In this document: piece after piece, positions 25,296 to 36,393 of the stretch
Position numbering within the stretch: position 1 is the stretch's first letter
Layout of the letters: each line of letters opens with the position of its first letter
Assembly: GCA_032718475.1 (NCBI GenBank)
Contig: JAUCBJ010004319.1
Coordinates: forward strand, 1 to 64,000
Direction of reading: 5' to 3'
DNA length: 64,000 bases
Origin: Nemertoderma westbladi
Taxonomy: Eukaryota; Animalia; Xenacoelomorpha
Program-made: the position numbers and the translations under genes
The notes under the pieces: model-generated
What the model was told of the DNA's origin: nothing
The model's input: only the letters and a program-made list of their open reading frames with translations
Databases searched by the model: none

Positions 25296-25972
25296 GTAAA
25301 CTATACAATAAGATCTGGTTCCAGTGAGCCTGTCAATGATCGTATGTTACACAGGTCAAATATCAAAGATTTCATGGTAATTTCGGTTCACATATGACAA
25401 AATATATGGCATTGGAGGAACAGGTTCCTCTGTTCCGATTTCACCAACACTTTGATGGGCTCATTTATGCCTCCATATGTGTCTCTACCCAACGTTGTTT
25501 TGGATTTACTCCATTGGAAAAAAATTTTCGATTTTTCAAAAAATTTTCGAAAAAGAGCTACTTTTCGAAAATTTTCAAGCTTGGAGGAACGGGTAGCAAT
25601 GAACCAAATGACTTTTTATTTTGGAATTTTTCATGTAGTACCCAGTGTACAGTTTTGGCAATGTTGTAACCCAAAATGTCAAAAATGCACTTTTCACTCC
25701 ACCCTACTCTACATACATATTGGATACACACGGCTAAGTATATAGGAAAATATTTAATTCATTTAGATTTATGGATATCCTAATTAATTTTAGTTGATGA
25801 TCAACAAATAGTGTTTTGATTATTAAGTTTAATATCATTTGTCTTCTTTTCAGCCATATTAGATAATTCATTTCAATTAATTTATATAAATTAATATATT
25901 TTAACCAAGTTTAATTAATAATTTAAAATTATGTTTTGATTATATATATTTACTTTTTATATTTACATATAC

Positions 25973-26262
25973 AAACTGGCAGTTATTAGTTTGTAAATCT
26001 GTGTGTGATTCTGTGATAAACTGGCAGTTATTATTGCAAATCTGCGGTTCTATATCTGTGGTTCTGTGATAAACTGGCAGTCATTATTGTAAATCTGTGG
26101 TTCTGTGATAAACTGGCAGTCATTATTGTAAATCTGTGGTTCTGTGATAAACTGGCAGTCATTATTGTAAATCTGTGGTTCTGTGATAAACTGGCAGTCA
26201 TTATTGTAAATCTGTGGTTCTGTGATAATTCTGTGATAAACTGGCAGTCATTATTGTAAATT
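25973..26262. repeat. 40-bp tandem repeat
   Basis: Unit AAACTGGCAGTCATTATTGTAAATCTGTGGTTCTGTGATA-type, ~6-7 copies. Confidence 0.9.
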
Positions 26263-26374
26263 AGTTATATCATATCACGCCTCTGTAATTCAGAAATAAC
26301 GGCATTACCAGTTGAATTACACAACTTAGGGTTCTTTGTATGTACCGGTATAGTAAAAACCGGCAATTGTGAAA

Positions 26375-28375
26375 ATACAACCGCCATTTTTACATTTCAT
26401 ACAAACCGCCGGTTTGAAAACTACATACGTGTTTATTAACAAGAACCGACAGTTTGAATATAAGACCACCATTTTTACATTTCATAAAAACCGCCGGTTT
26501 GAAAACTACATACATGTTTATTAACAAGAACCGACAGTTTGAATATAAATCCACCATTTTTACATTTCATAAAAACCGCCGGTTTGAAAACTACATACGT
26601 GTTTATTAGCAAGAACCGACAGTTTGAATATAAGACCACCATTTTTACATTTCATAAAAACCGCCGGTTTGAAAACTACATACGTGTTTATTAGCAAGAA
26701 CCGACAGTTTGAATATAAGACCACCATTTTTACATTTCATAAAAACCGCCGGTTTGACGTGTTTATTAACAAGAACCGACAGTTTGAATATAAGACCACC
26801 ATTTTTACATTTCATAAAAACCGCCGGTTTGACGTGTTTATTAACAAGAACCGACAGTTTGAATATAAGTCCACCGTTTTTACATTTCATAAAAACCGCC
26901 GGTTTGACGTGTTTATTAACAAGAACCGACAGTTTGAATATAAATCCACCATTTTTACATTTCATAAAAACCGCCGGTTTGAAAACTACATACGTGTTTA
27001 TTAGCAAGAACCGACAGTTTGAATATAAGACCACCATTTTTACATTTCATAAAAACCGCCGGTTTGAAAACTACATACGTGTTTATTAACAAGAACCGAC
27101 AGTTTGAATATAAGACCACCATTTTTACATTTCATAAAAACCGCCGGTTTGAAAACTACATACGTGTTTATTAACAAGAACCGACAGTTTGAATATAAGA
27201 CCACCATTTTTACATTTCATAAAAACCGCCGGTTTGACGTGTTTATTAACAAGAACCGACAGTTTGAATATAAGACCACCATTTTTACATTTCATAAAAA
27301 CCGCCGGTTTGACGTGTTTATTAACAAGAACCGACAGTTTGAATATAAGACCACCATTTTTACATTTCATAAAAACCGCCGGTTTGACGTGTTTATTAAC
27401 AAGAACCGACAGTTTGAATATAAGTCCACCGTTTTTACATTTCATAAAAACCGCCGGTTTGACGTGTTTATTAACAAGAACCGACAGTTTGAATATAAGA
27501 CCACCATTCTTACATTTCATAAAAACCGCCGGTTTGAAAACTACATACGTGTTTATTAACAAGAACCGACAGTTTGAATATAAGACCACCATTTTTACAT
27601 TTCATAAAAACCGCCGGTTTGAAAACTACATACGTGTTTATTAACAAGAACCGACAGTTTGAATATAAGACCACCATTTTTACATTTCATAAAAACTGCC
27701 GGTTTGACGTGTTTATTAACAAGAACCGACAGTTTGAATATAAGACCACCATTTTTACATTTCATAAAAACCGCCGGTTTGACGTGTTTATTAACAAGAA
27801 CCGACAGTTTGAATATAAGTCCACCGTTTTTACATTTCATAAAAACCGCCGGTTTGACGTGTTTATTAACAAGAACCGACAGTTTGAATATAAGACCACC
27901 ATTTTTACATTTCATAAAAACCGCCGGTTTGAAAACTACATACGTGTTTATTAACAAGAACCGACAGTTTGAATATAAGACCACCATTTTTACATTTCAT
28001 AAAAACCGCCGGTTTGACGTGTTTATTAACAAGAACCGACAGTTTGAATATAAGACCACCATTTTTACATTTCATAAAAACCGCCGGTTTGACGTGTTTA
28101 TTAACAAGAACCGACAGTTTGAATATAAGTCCACCATTTTTACATTTCATAAAAACCGCCGGTTTGACGTGTTTATTAACAAGAACCGACAGTTTGAATA
28201 TAAGACCACCGTTTTTACATTTCATAAAAACCGCCGGTTTGAAAACTACATACGTGATTATTAACAAGAACCAACAGTTTGAAAATAAAACCGCCATTTT
28301 TACATTTCATAAAAACCGCCGGTTTGAAAATTATATGTTTTCATCAATAAGAACCGCCAGTTTGAAAATTTAATA
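26375..28375. repeat. 75/85-bp satellite, ~25 units
   Basis: Near-identical units differing by a 10-bp AAACTACATA indel. Each contains the near-palindrome AAACCGCCGGTTT. Confidence 0.95.
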
Positions 28376-28789
28376 ACCACCTTTTTAATACAACCGTCAC
28401 TTTCTATGCAAAATTCCGCAATGACTACAGGTTTCGTTTCAGGTAATATAACCAATATATCTTAAACCGCCGGTTTAATATCGTAACCGGAGGTTACTAC
28501 CAGCCATTTTTGTATGATCCATACTAACCCCCGGTTTACAAATCACTACCGCAAGTACCTATCCATAACCAATGGTTAAAAAATCGACCGGCACTTACTT
28601 TTTTCAGTGTAGATCACATGGACTGTTTTTGTCACGTCTGTTTGTTGTCTCACCTAACCCACTTCATTTTGTCCCTCAATAATCCCCTCTGTGTTTCACA
28701 CAATCATTGACTAAACCACTAATATATATTTGTTCATTTACCGGTATAGCACATCTGCTTGATGAGTCTGCTTTATTGGGTTTATGATT

Positions 28790-29228
28790 ACAGCTTTGCA
28801 AGATGCTTCATGTAGGGCACCAAATCTCTGGATGGCACATTCACAAGAATGCTACGCCGGGTTCATTGTGTCAAGTACAATGCACACATCTCCAACCAGA
28901 CACTATATAACATTGGAGGTGTCTCATTGGTTCCTCCAAGCTTGACACTAGAACAAAATCGCCTCCGCTTTGCAGGACATTGCTTTCGCCGTGAGGACCA
29001 GCCAGTGCATAATCTTGTACTTTGGCAGCCTCAGGGAGTGAATAAGCATGGTGGACAGCCCATGACTTTCTTGAGACGCATCTTAAAGGACACTGGCCTT
29101 GAAGATGCGGATGATCTAGCAAATGTCATGGATGATAGGGAGTTGTGGCGGCGCAATTTTGTCGACAAGCCGGCACAGCATTCTTAAAAATGCAGCTGCA
29201 GTGCAGCATGCCGATCCTAGTAGTAGTA
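28790..29228 (+). mobile_element. 5'-truncated RTE-clade LINE (C-terminus of ORF2 plus 3' tail)
   Basis: LDGTFTRMLRR...RLRFAGHCFR...LVLWQP...MDDRELWR is the typical RTE C-terminus. (TAG)n tail. The same 3' end occurs inverted at ~9612-9650. Confidence 0.85.
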
Positions 29229-30814
29229 TGTAGTGAAGTACCTGGTGTAGAGTAACATTACCAGCTAAACTCATATTCATTTGTATAAAGACAATTTGCG
29301 TCCAGTACCATACTCTACTAAATGAATTACCTACACTATTAAATGAAATATTGGATGAAAATAAAAATGTCCTACATGTTTATTTTATGTGAGACGTACA
29401 CTATTTAAGAACGTAACCGCTAACGTACTACCCGTAACCTGTACAGTACTTGTGAAATACCTTACGACCTCTCGTTGCGCTCGGTTCTTAGTTTTACACC
29501 TGTTTGCCAATATATAGCTCAAAAGTCTCCGTAAAGTCCACTTTGCCGAACCGGGTGAATACTTTACGTCTAGTCGACAAACTTTGAAAGTCAACGACAC
29601 AGCTTACATATTCATATTGTTCGTAATAGAGATTGATAACATCTCTGGGTTTTAGTGCAGTCTGAGTAATGTTTACACACGTTTTGCAATTAATTTTATG
29701 ATGTTCTGGAATACTTGTGTTTGTTATAAAGTGGATATATTTTGCTATTCATAACATATAAATTAAATTGTATGTATATAATGTTCATATCTTCAACTCG
29801 GAATTACTTTACAACAGTACCACTTTATCTTCCGTTCTCATCCCTTAATAATACAAATGTGTGGGTGGGTCTTACAAAGTGAAAAGAGTAATATCAATAA
29901 TAAGAGATGGAGAGAAGGCTATGGTTATAGATAATATTATATTGTGCTATATTTTGCCGGACACCATGTTTTCTATTGCATTTCCCTGTGACACATATGG
30001 CTCATTGCCTTTTCTCTAAAGTCTGAATCGATTCCATAGCCAATATTTGGCGGCTACCCATTAGTATTTATTTATTGTCTCTGGTGTGTCTGAACCATAT
30101 GGTTCCATGGTAGGGTTCGTAATGTAATCCAGATATGATAATATATTCCCCATTACGCTATTGTTATGACAAAATGGTAAAGTCATTCATGATTACTCCA
30201 TATGTGCCATATTTTATTATTATTAGCTTTTATTGGCTCTAAATGGAGACAACCCTTGTTATAGTTGAACTTATTGCTATGGAATATTGCAGGCCAATTC
30301 TATTTCCATTTGTATTCAATACCAGTGTGGATGTGGGTTACGTCTCAAGTTCTTGCTAGCTTATTGCGTTCGTACTGCAACTGGATTGCCAACTTATGTT
30401 GAGTCTGAATCTGAAACAAATGAATTACTCATCAGCTTATTTTATAATGTTTGTTTCCTAGTTTATAGTTACACTAACTGTATTAGAGATGTTATCTGTA
30501 TAGCGATAACTATTGCTCCTCTCTAAGCAATGAACAATAAATAGACTATGATACGTGTTGCTCTATATAACAGGGGATGTGCACGCACACGTCTTGTGGG
30601 GTGCACGTGATGTGAGTTGGGGGGAGGGGGCAGTTGTTTTTATGCCCTGTATTTTTTTACTTAAATGACATGTATAACACGAGTGGGGCCTTCGTGCAGC
30701 AAAAGCTACAAGCCATATTGCGAATAATTTTAATTATACTATAGCTAGTTATATATTCTTGACTTCCGACAATTATGGCTTCCGAGACACACACACAATA
30801 ACAGACTTTTGGAA

Positions 30815-31958
30815 AACGGCTAAAAGGTAAACAAAAGAGTCTTATACCCCACAAACTACAAAACAATATAGAATCAGGATATTCAGCCTAAAATAAATAG
30901 TACTCAGCCCGTAGGGCCATCAAAGGACACAATCAAAACAAACAAAACAAAAACAAATATAATAACATGCTCAGCATACAGGTATGTATCGCAAGTCGCA
31001 ACCCGAATCCTAACCGCTATACACGTTCGTGGGCCCTTCGCGCAGCACGAGGCCCAGTTATCAGATACCGATTAAAATTAAGCAATTCTATCACAAAAAT
31101 CGGTATTTAAGAAATTTAACAAAACCGCCAAAAAATCAAAGAAGAGAGAAAAGTTCGCCCCCCTCCTAATCTGCAACACCCAGGCGCACAGAGGATTAAT
31201 GAAAGGCAGAGGTATCAACAGGAAATTTTGAATTTTAGGCATAGAGGCGACCTAATTTGTAAGAAATATTAATACTTACCTTATGCCGATAGTATTGATA
31301 CTGAAATATTGATTTATCACGTCACACCTCAACGAAATTATTTAGCTAATTATTATATTACCAATCACGATTAAAATACTTTACTTAGCCAATCATTTTG
31401 CGAGATAAATAATAAGCAAGCTGGCTAATGGTAGTCTGGCACCTTACACTAGTGCCTATGTCCTATGCTATAGATGTAATTACCCATTGCCAAGTAGTGC
31501 TGAGGTGGTTGGACTTGTTCCCAGCGCCAGCAGATAGGCTAGGCAATAGCAAGCATGCCAAGGAATGACGGAGCTGGAAGTATAGAGTGACGAAATGCAT
31601 TTTGATGAATTAATTACGTTTAGATCAATTAAAGACACATTTCTTAAAGCAAATCATTTCAACTAATTAAAAACTATAATGGAATTGGGTATGGAGATTA
31701 CAGCTGTATAATTTTTAAGTATAATTTTTTATATCTTATACTATAAAATAATTAATTTCCATTAATTTTGACGCAGCAAACATACCTGTATGTTGAGCAT
31801 GTTATTATATATATTTGTTTGTTGTTTTTTGTTTTGTTTGTTTTGATTGTGTCCTTTGATAGCCATACTGAGTACTATTTTGAGATTAATAATGTCCTGA
31901 TTCTATATTTTTTTATAGTTTTTTGGGTGTAAGACTCTTGTGTTTGTTAACCTTTTAG
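30815..31958. repeat. Imperfect inverted repeat, arms ~30815-30986 and ~31781-31958
   Basis: ATCAAAGGACACAATCAAAACAAAC...CATGCTCAGCATACAGGTATG is mirrored in the right arm. Confidence 0.75.
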
Positions 31959-32092
31959 TTAATATACAGTATATATAACAAGCCCCCGTTAGTCAGTATG
32001 TCGTTACCCTATAATTATCATAGTATAATTATAACAGTTTGCTGATGGCTCGCAGTTTTAGCTCGCCCCACATATAAGTCTCTGCCCTGTTT

Positions 32093-32330
32093 CAAAAAGC
32101 AAACAGTCGGCCGAAGCCGGAGGCGACCCGAAGGCTCCTCTTTCGATAGCTGCTACCCGAGGGTAGGGGTGGGCGCTACTCCTATCCCAAGATTTGCTCC
32201 CAGTTATTATTTAACTGGTACTCATTTTATCGACCCCAGTGGATGAAAGGCTGAGTGGACCCTGGCGGGGCTGAACCTACAACCAATAGATTGCAGGCCC
32301 GGCGCTCAACCAACTGAGCTACACCTGCCC
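32093..32330 (-). mobile_element. tRNA-derived SINE with conserved central domain
   Basis: tRNA-like head GTAGCTCAGTTGGTTGAGCG...GGTTCAGCCCC. Central ACTCAGCCTTTCATCC...GGTCGATAAAATGAGTACC resembles the MetaSINE-type domain (from memory). Flanking direct repeat CTGCCCTGTTT (32082-32092, 32325-32335). Confidence 0.8.
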
Positions 32331-34959
32331 TGTTTAATTATTTGGAATATCAGATTGCTGCTTGACTGTCAGACTGTTGCTTATTTCCTTGTTGGGTTTG
32401 TGCTGTGTGTGGTACCGGTAGGTGTAACTTGCTTGTATTCAGTATTTGCGATCTCAACTCGAATTATAAAACTAGCATCGAACTTAGTCACAATCTAGGA
32501 AAGGTTGCGGAATTGTGGGCATTAATACCCCCAAGGTTTCAATTCATGTCAGTATTAGGTTCAACTGTAAAAAAAAATACAGATCATTATAACTAATAAT
32601 AATATTATTAAGGATATTAAAGCTATTATAGACTACCACAACAGGGCAAGTAAAAATATTTAAAAAAATACAGTGGCATAAAAAGTATTTATAAAAGTTA
32701 AATTTAATTTAGTTTAAGTTTAATTTAGTTAAGTTTAATTTTAAAAGGTTTTTATATATGTATAGGTGGTTGGTATTTTATGGTTGTAGTATTGAAGGTG
32801 TTTCCAGATCCTAAGTTGTTTGGTATTAAATTTCCATTTATCTCACTTTTGTTGCCTTGATGTTCAACTTATTTTTTTACCCTTTTCCCCTTGATGGATT
32901 TGTACAAAACAATTTACTCGCTGGCCCACATGAGTCGCATTTATGCTTGTCTAAATTCACGTCATTTCGCACCGGCGGCAAAACAGACCCAATTACGAAT
33001 GTTTGGTCGTCATTTTTCAGAACTTATGGGTGGAATCTAGTATGTCTGTCTGTCTTAGATTTTAACGGATAGTCCGGCAGAGGAGCAAAAAGCGTTAACT
33101 CGAGAAATCTTGCTAAGGCGTTTTCAGATCTGTTTTGCTCATTAAATTATTTATAAAACCCTAACAAATATAATCCAGGTTCTCAGATTTAACATTGCGT
33201 TAGTTAGCATTACCAATTTTAATTTATTTATGAATAAGTAACAGGTAAGGCGAACATTAATTTTACTTTTAGCTTAGTGCAGTGGTCGAAGTGATACCAA
33301 CACCATGGCAACGATATAGTCTTCCTATTAACTATGGGTTTGGAGACATAACCCCTTGTATTCTCTCAGACGCTGAAACTGATGAGGTTGGCTTGTCAAA
33401 CACCTTCTGTCTGTGATGGCTTTCATTTTTGACCTGCTTCGCTCTGCTTACATTAAATTGCTTTCATTTTTGGAAGTGCTCTAGAATGTCTCCCATTAAT
33501 TTGGCAGCATATTTCAACTTCCTTTCACCCCCCTTGACACTCAATACCCCGCAATAACTTTCGTTTTTCACACTTGTGTCCACGGGAAAGTTTCAGTTTA
33601 AATGTTATATTTTAAGTATTTAATTATTAACTTATACTTTATTTTATTTTCTAAAACTGAAGTTCGATATAGTTGTTGCTTTTTTATGTTAACCATAATC
33701 AACATTATTAGTGTTAGCTTAATGCGTTAATTATGTTGTTGAATTGCCAGATTGAGAGAGAATGCTTCTTTGTTGTAACTAATATAGCAACGTATTGCAC
33801 GTGTGTGCTATTGATTTTTTATTAGTGTCCGCTCCACTCCACATTGTCTGATTGGAATTCCTGCACTATTTTATTTTCCCGACATGGCCATTATTTTAGT
33901 GTTTAATGTTTATTCAATTTTGTTTTAAATATTTTATTAATTTCTTGTGAGGCATGATTGATAGGGTGGGGGGGGGGGGGGGGGGGGGGTATTTGACACA
34001 AATTTCATCTGGGCAAATCAAATATGATAATTATCCATATGGGAAAGGAACAGGTTACTGTTAAATTTTTTTTATAATCACCTGGCTGCCTCGCATTTAT
34101 TTTCCTGGGTAATTGAATGTTTAACTGCGTCGCCCCCCCGCCCCCCTCCCCCCCCCCCTCCCCCACCTTTATGTTAAACTTTGCAACTGCATCGTTGTGG
34201 TAGTTTAGTTACTAACTCGTGAATTGTATCAAAGACCCACTCATCGGTTGTGTTTCTGTTCGCATTAAAGTACTTTATTTGCTTTCCATATAGCTATTAT
34301 AGCAGCTGCCACATTCATTATCGTATGCTATCAATCTTAGCTTATACCGAAAATATTGATGTTAACAATTTAGCTTTAATTGAACTAACTGCGTTCTACT
34401 AGTTTACTGAGTACAACCACATACTGTGGCAACCATGATAGTGAGTGAGTCTTACTTAATAAATAATTCCTCGACCATGTCACTGTTCTTAGAAGCATTA
34501 TTACAATGATATGTGACTCAGACCAAACCAAATGACCTTATAGAAGATAAGCTTTGGTGGATTGAATAATCACACGTTGGCCGAAATATCGCAACGACTT
34601 GGTTTATTTTATTAGCCTCACTTCTTACCTCAATAGATATAATTGCAATAAAGTTCCAGTCCAAAACTCTGGCGAATATTTATTAAACTGATATTTGTTG
34701 TAACAACACCTAATAAATTGATATCATATTATCGCCGCCTATGGTATGCATTAGTGTTAGCGAAACCTATTACACCATCGTCATACCTACAGGCATCATA
34801 AACCAAAATATTGAAAAGTATGATACAATTTTACAGAGATACAGCTGCAACATAGATAGCTCTCCTCCCCACACTCTTGTAAGCCGAGGTACTAAGTATT
34901 ATTATGCAACGATATATAACGCCACCTTGTGTTTCATGTATGCATTTGTTACTGATTAG

Positions 34960-35139
34960 GCTGTTTCGCTGACTCCCCGCGCCTTCCGAACCAACCAATC
35001 CCTCTGCGGTCTCAACAACCGTCGAGATTCAATCCGAATCCACCCAACGATGTCCGAGATAGACACCCAGACCAACACAACTGACTGCCCTCTACCCACC
35101 CCCGAGGAAGTAATACGTAGACAGGCTGCTCCCTCCAAG
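34960..35139 (+). CDS. NHS: NHS/Gukh-like exon 4
   Basis: Acceptor gattag. Encodes ...CPLPTPEEVIRRQA, the conserved NHS-family LPTPEE motif. Donor AAG|GTTAGT. 60 codons. Confidence 0.9.
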
Positions 35140-35247
35140 GTTAGTTCCAATACCCTCATTATCGTTTTTTTCTTTCTATGTTGTTATATATATTTTTTTT
35201 ATGTCACGTATTTCCTCATTTAACTTTATAATTTATTACTTTATCAG

Positions 35248-35455
35248 CTTGTAGAGATCGATATTTCCGGGCAGCCGTTCCAACGTTTACATTCGTATCG
35301 CCGGTCGCTTACCTTCGTGCCGGGGTCAATGACCGCGGCGAATCCCGTCAGTCGTCGCCGACGCCGTCGTCTCAGACCCGAAGCCGTCGCTTTGGCAACC
35401 CCGGAGTCGGGGCTTAGCAGCTCCGTGGAGAGCGAGATCCATTCCGTTACCTCCG
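35248..35455 (+). CDS. NHS: NHS/Gukh-like exon 5
   Basis: Acceptor tatcag. LVEIDISGQPFQRLHSYRRSL matches the NHS-family I.I(N/D)V(T/S)G..F.R..S.R.SL motif. Donor G|GTGAGT, phase 1. Confidence 0.9.
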
Positions 35456-36176
35456 GTGAGTCTGTATTTTTATTTACTTTTGCTTTTATGTAATTTAGTT
35501 TTAGTATCAGGTTCTAATAAATAGTTAACTGTTGCATTGAGTACACATCGCCATCGAGGTCGTGGGTTCGATCCCTGCATTTGCCCCGACTACCTTAGAA
35601 TTTGGGACCAATGTGGTTTTCCTATGGGGGAGTATAAATAGTTCTTGGGAGGCCGCACCGAACCAAATAGTCACACTTTGTGTAATTAATCCCTGGCATA
35701 ACGGCAGAAAAAAACTTTAATTTTAACTATAACGCCGGTTGTGATTGGCTAATATTGATTTGTGGACAAAAATATAATGACGATGTGTTGTTATTCATTG
35801 CTCAGCAGTGATTGGCTATCATTTCAAGATATATTCTAATGATTGAGTAATCAATGGATGTAATCTGTTAGTTTTAGTAGTGAACAGAAAACTACCGATG
35901 GCTTTTGACTGGGCGATTTGTAGTCGCGTTGAAGTGCATTTTGAGTTTGTAATTATATCACTGGCTTATGGGGCAATTATTTTATTTATTCTTATGGACT
36001 GATACATATTTAGACTAGTACTGAACACTGAAATTTTACTGAATAATTTTTTGTTTTAATTACAGTTTCAGTTTCATAAATAATTTTAGTCATACGTTTT
36101 TGATTTTAGTTTAATTTCAGATTTAGTGTTCAGCTTTACTTCCGACTCAACTCTAATATAAACTTCATCCTTTCAG

Positions 36177-36393
36177 GAACTCCTGTCAGTCGTCGATCCA
36201 TCTCGGATTCCCCATCCGGGATCGCTCGGTTACGCTCCAACTCTGACGTCACCACTTACGTCACAACGCCGACCGGTCACGGGGGCGGCGACGCCGGAAG
36301 TCGTAGTCGGTTGAAACGCTTCCGGAACTCTTGGAGGAAATCCTTTACGAACGAGTCGGAATCACAGGGGACAGACTCGGATACCTCAAGCAG
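36177..36393 (+). CDS. NHS: NHS/Gukh-like exon 6
   Basis: Acceptor tttcag, phase 1. Open Ser/Arg-rich frame GTPVSRRS...ESESQGTDSDTSS. Donor AG|GTGAGT, phase 2. Confidence 0.8.

Larger units (their letters stand above)
20768..25706 (-). mobile_element. hAT-superfamily (hATm-type) transposon, full length
   Basis: TAGGGTGG...CCACCCTA termini, 8-bp TSD CTCTACAT (20760-20767, 25707-25714), ~300-bp imperfect TIRs and an internal transposase. Confidence 0.92.
20009..28609. mobile_element. Non-autonomous CMC/EnSpm-type DNA transposon with internal satellites
   Basis: Perfect 18-bp TIR CACTGAAAAAAGTAAGTG / CACTTACTTTTTTCAGTG flanked by TA on both sides. AA(C/A)CGCCGGTT-like subterminal motifs are repeated at both ends. 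Confidence 0.8.

Noticed and set aside
26624-28373. Repetitive NKNRQFEYKTT ORFs
   Set aside because: Translations of the 75/85-bp satellite with frame switching at each 85-mer.
32255-32330. tRNA gene
   Set aside because: The tRNA-like head runs into a SINE body, has a TSD and lacks a proper acceptor stem.
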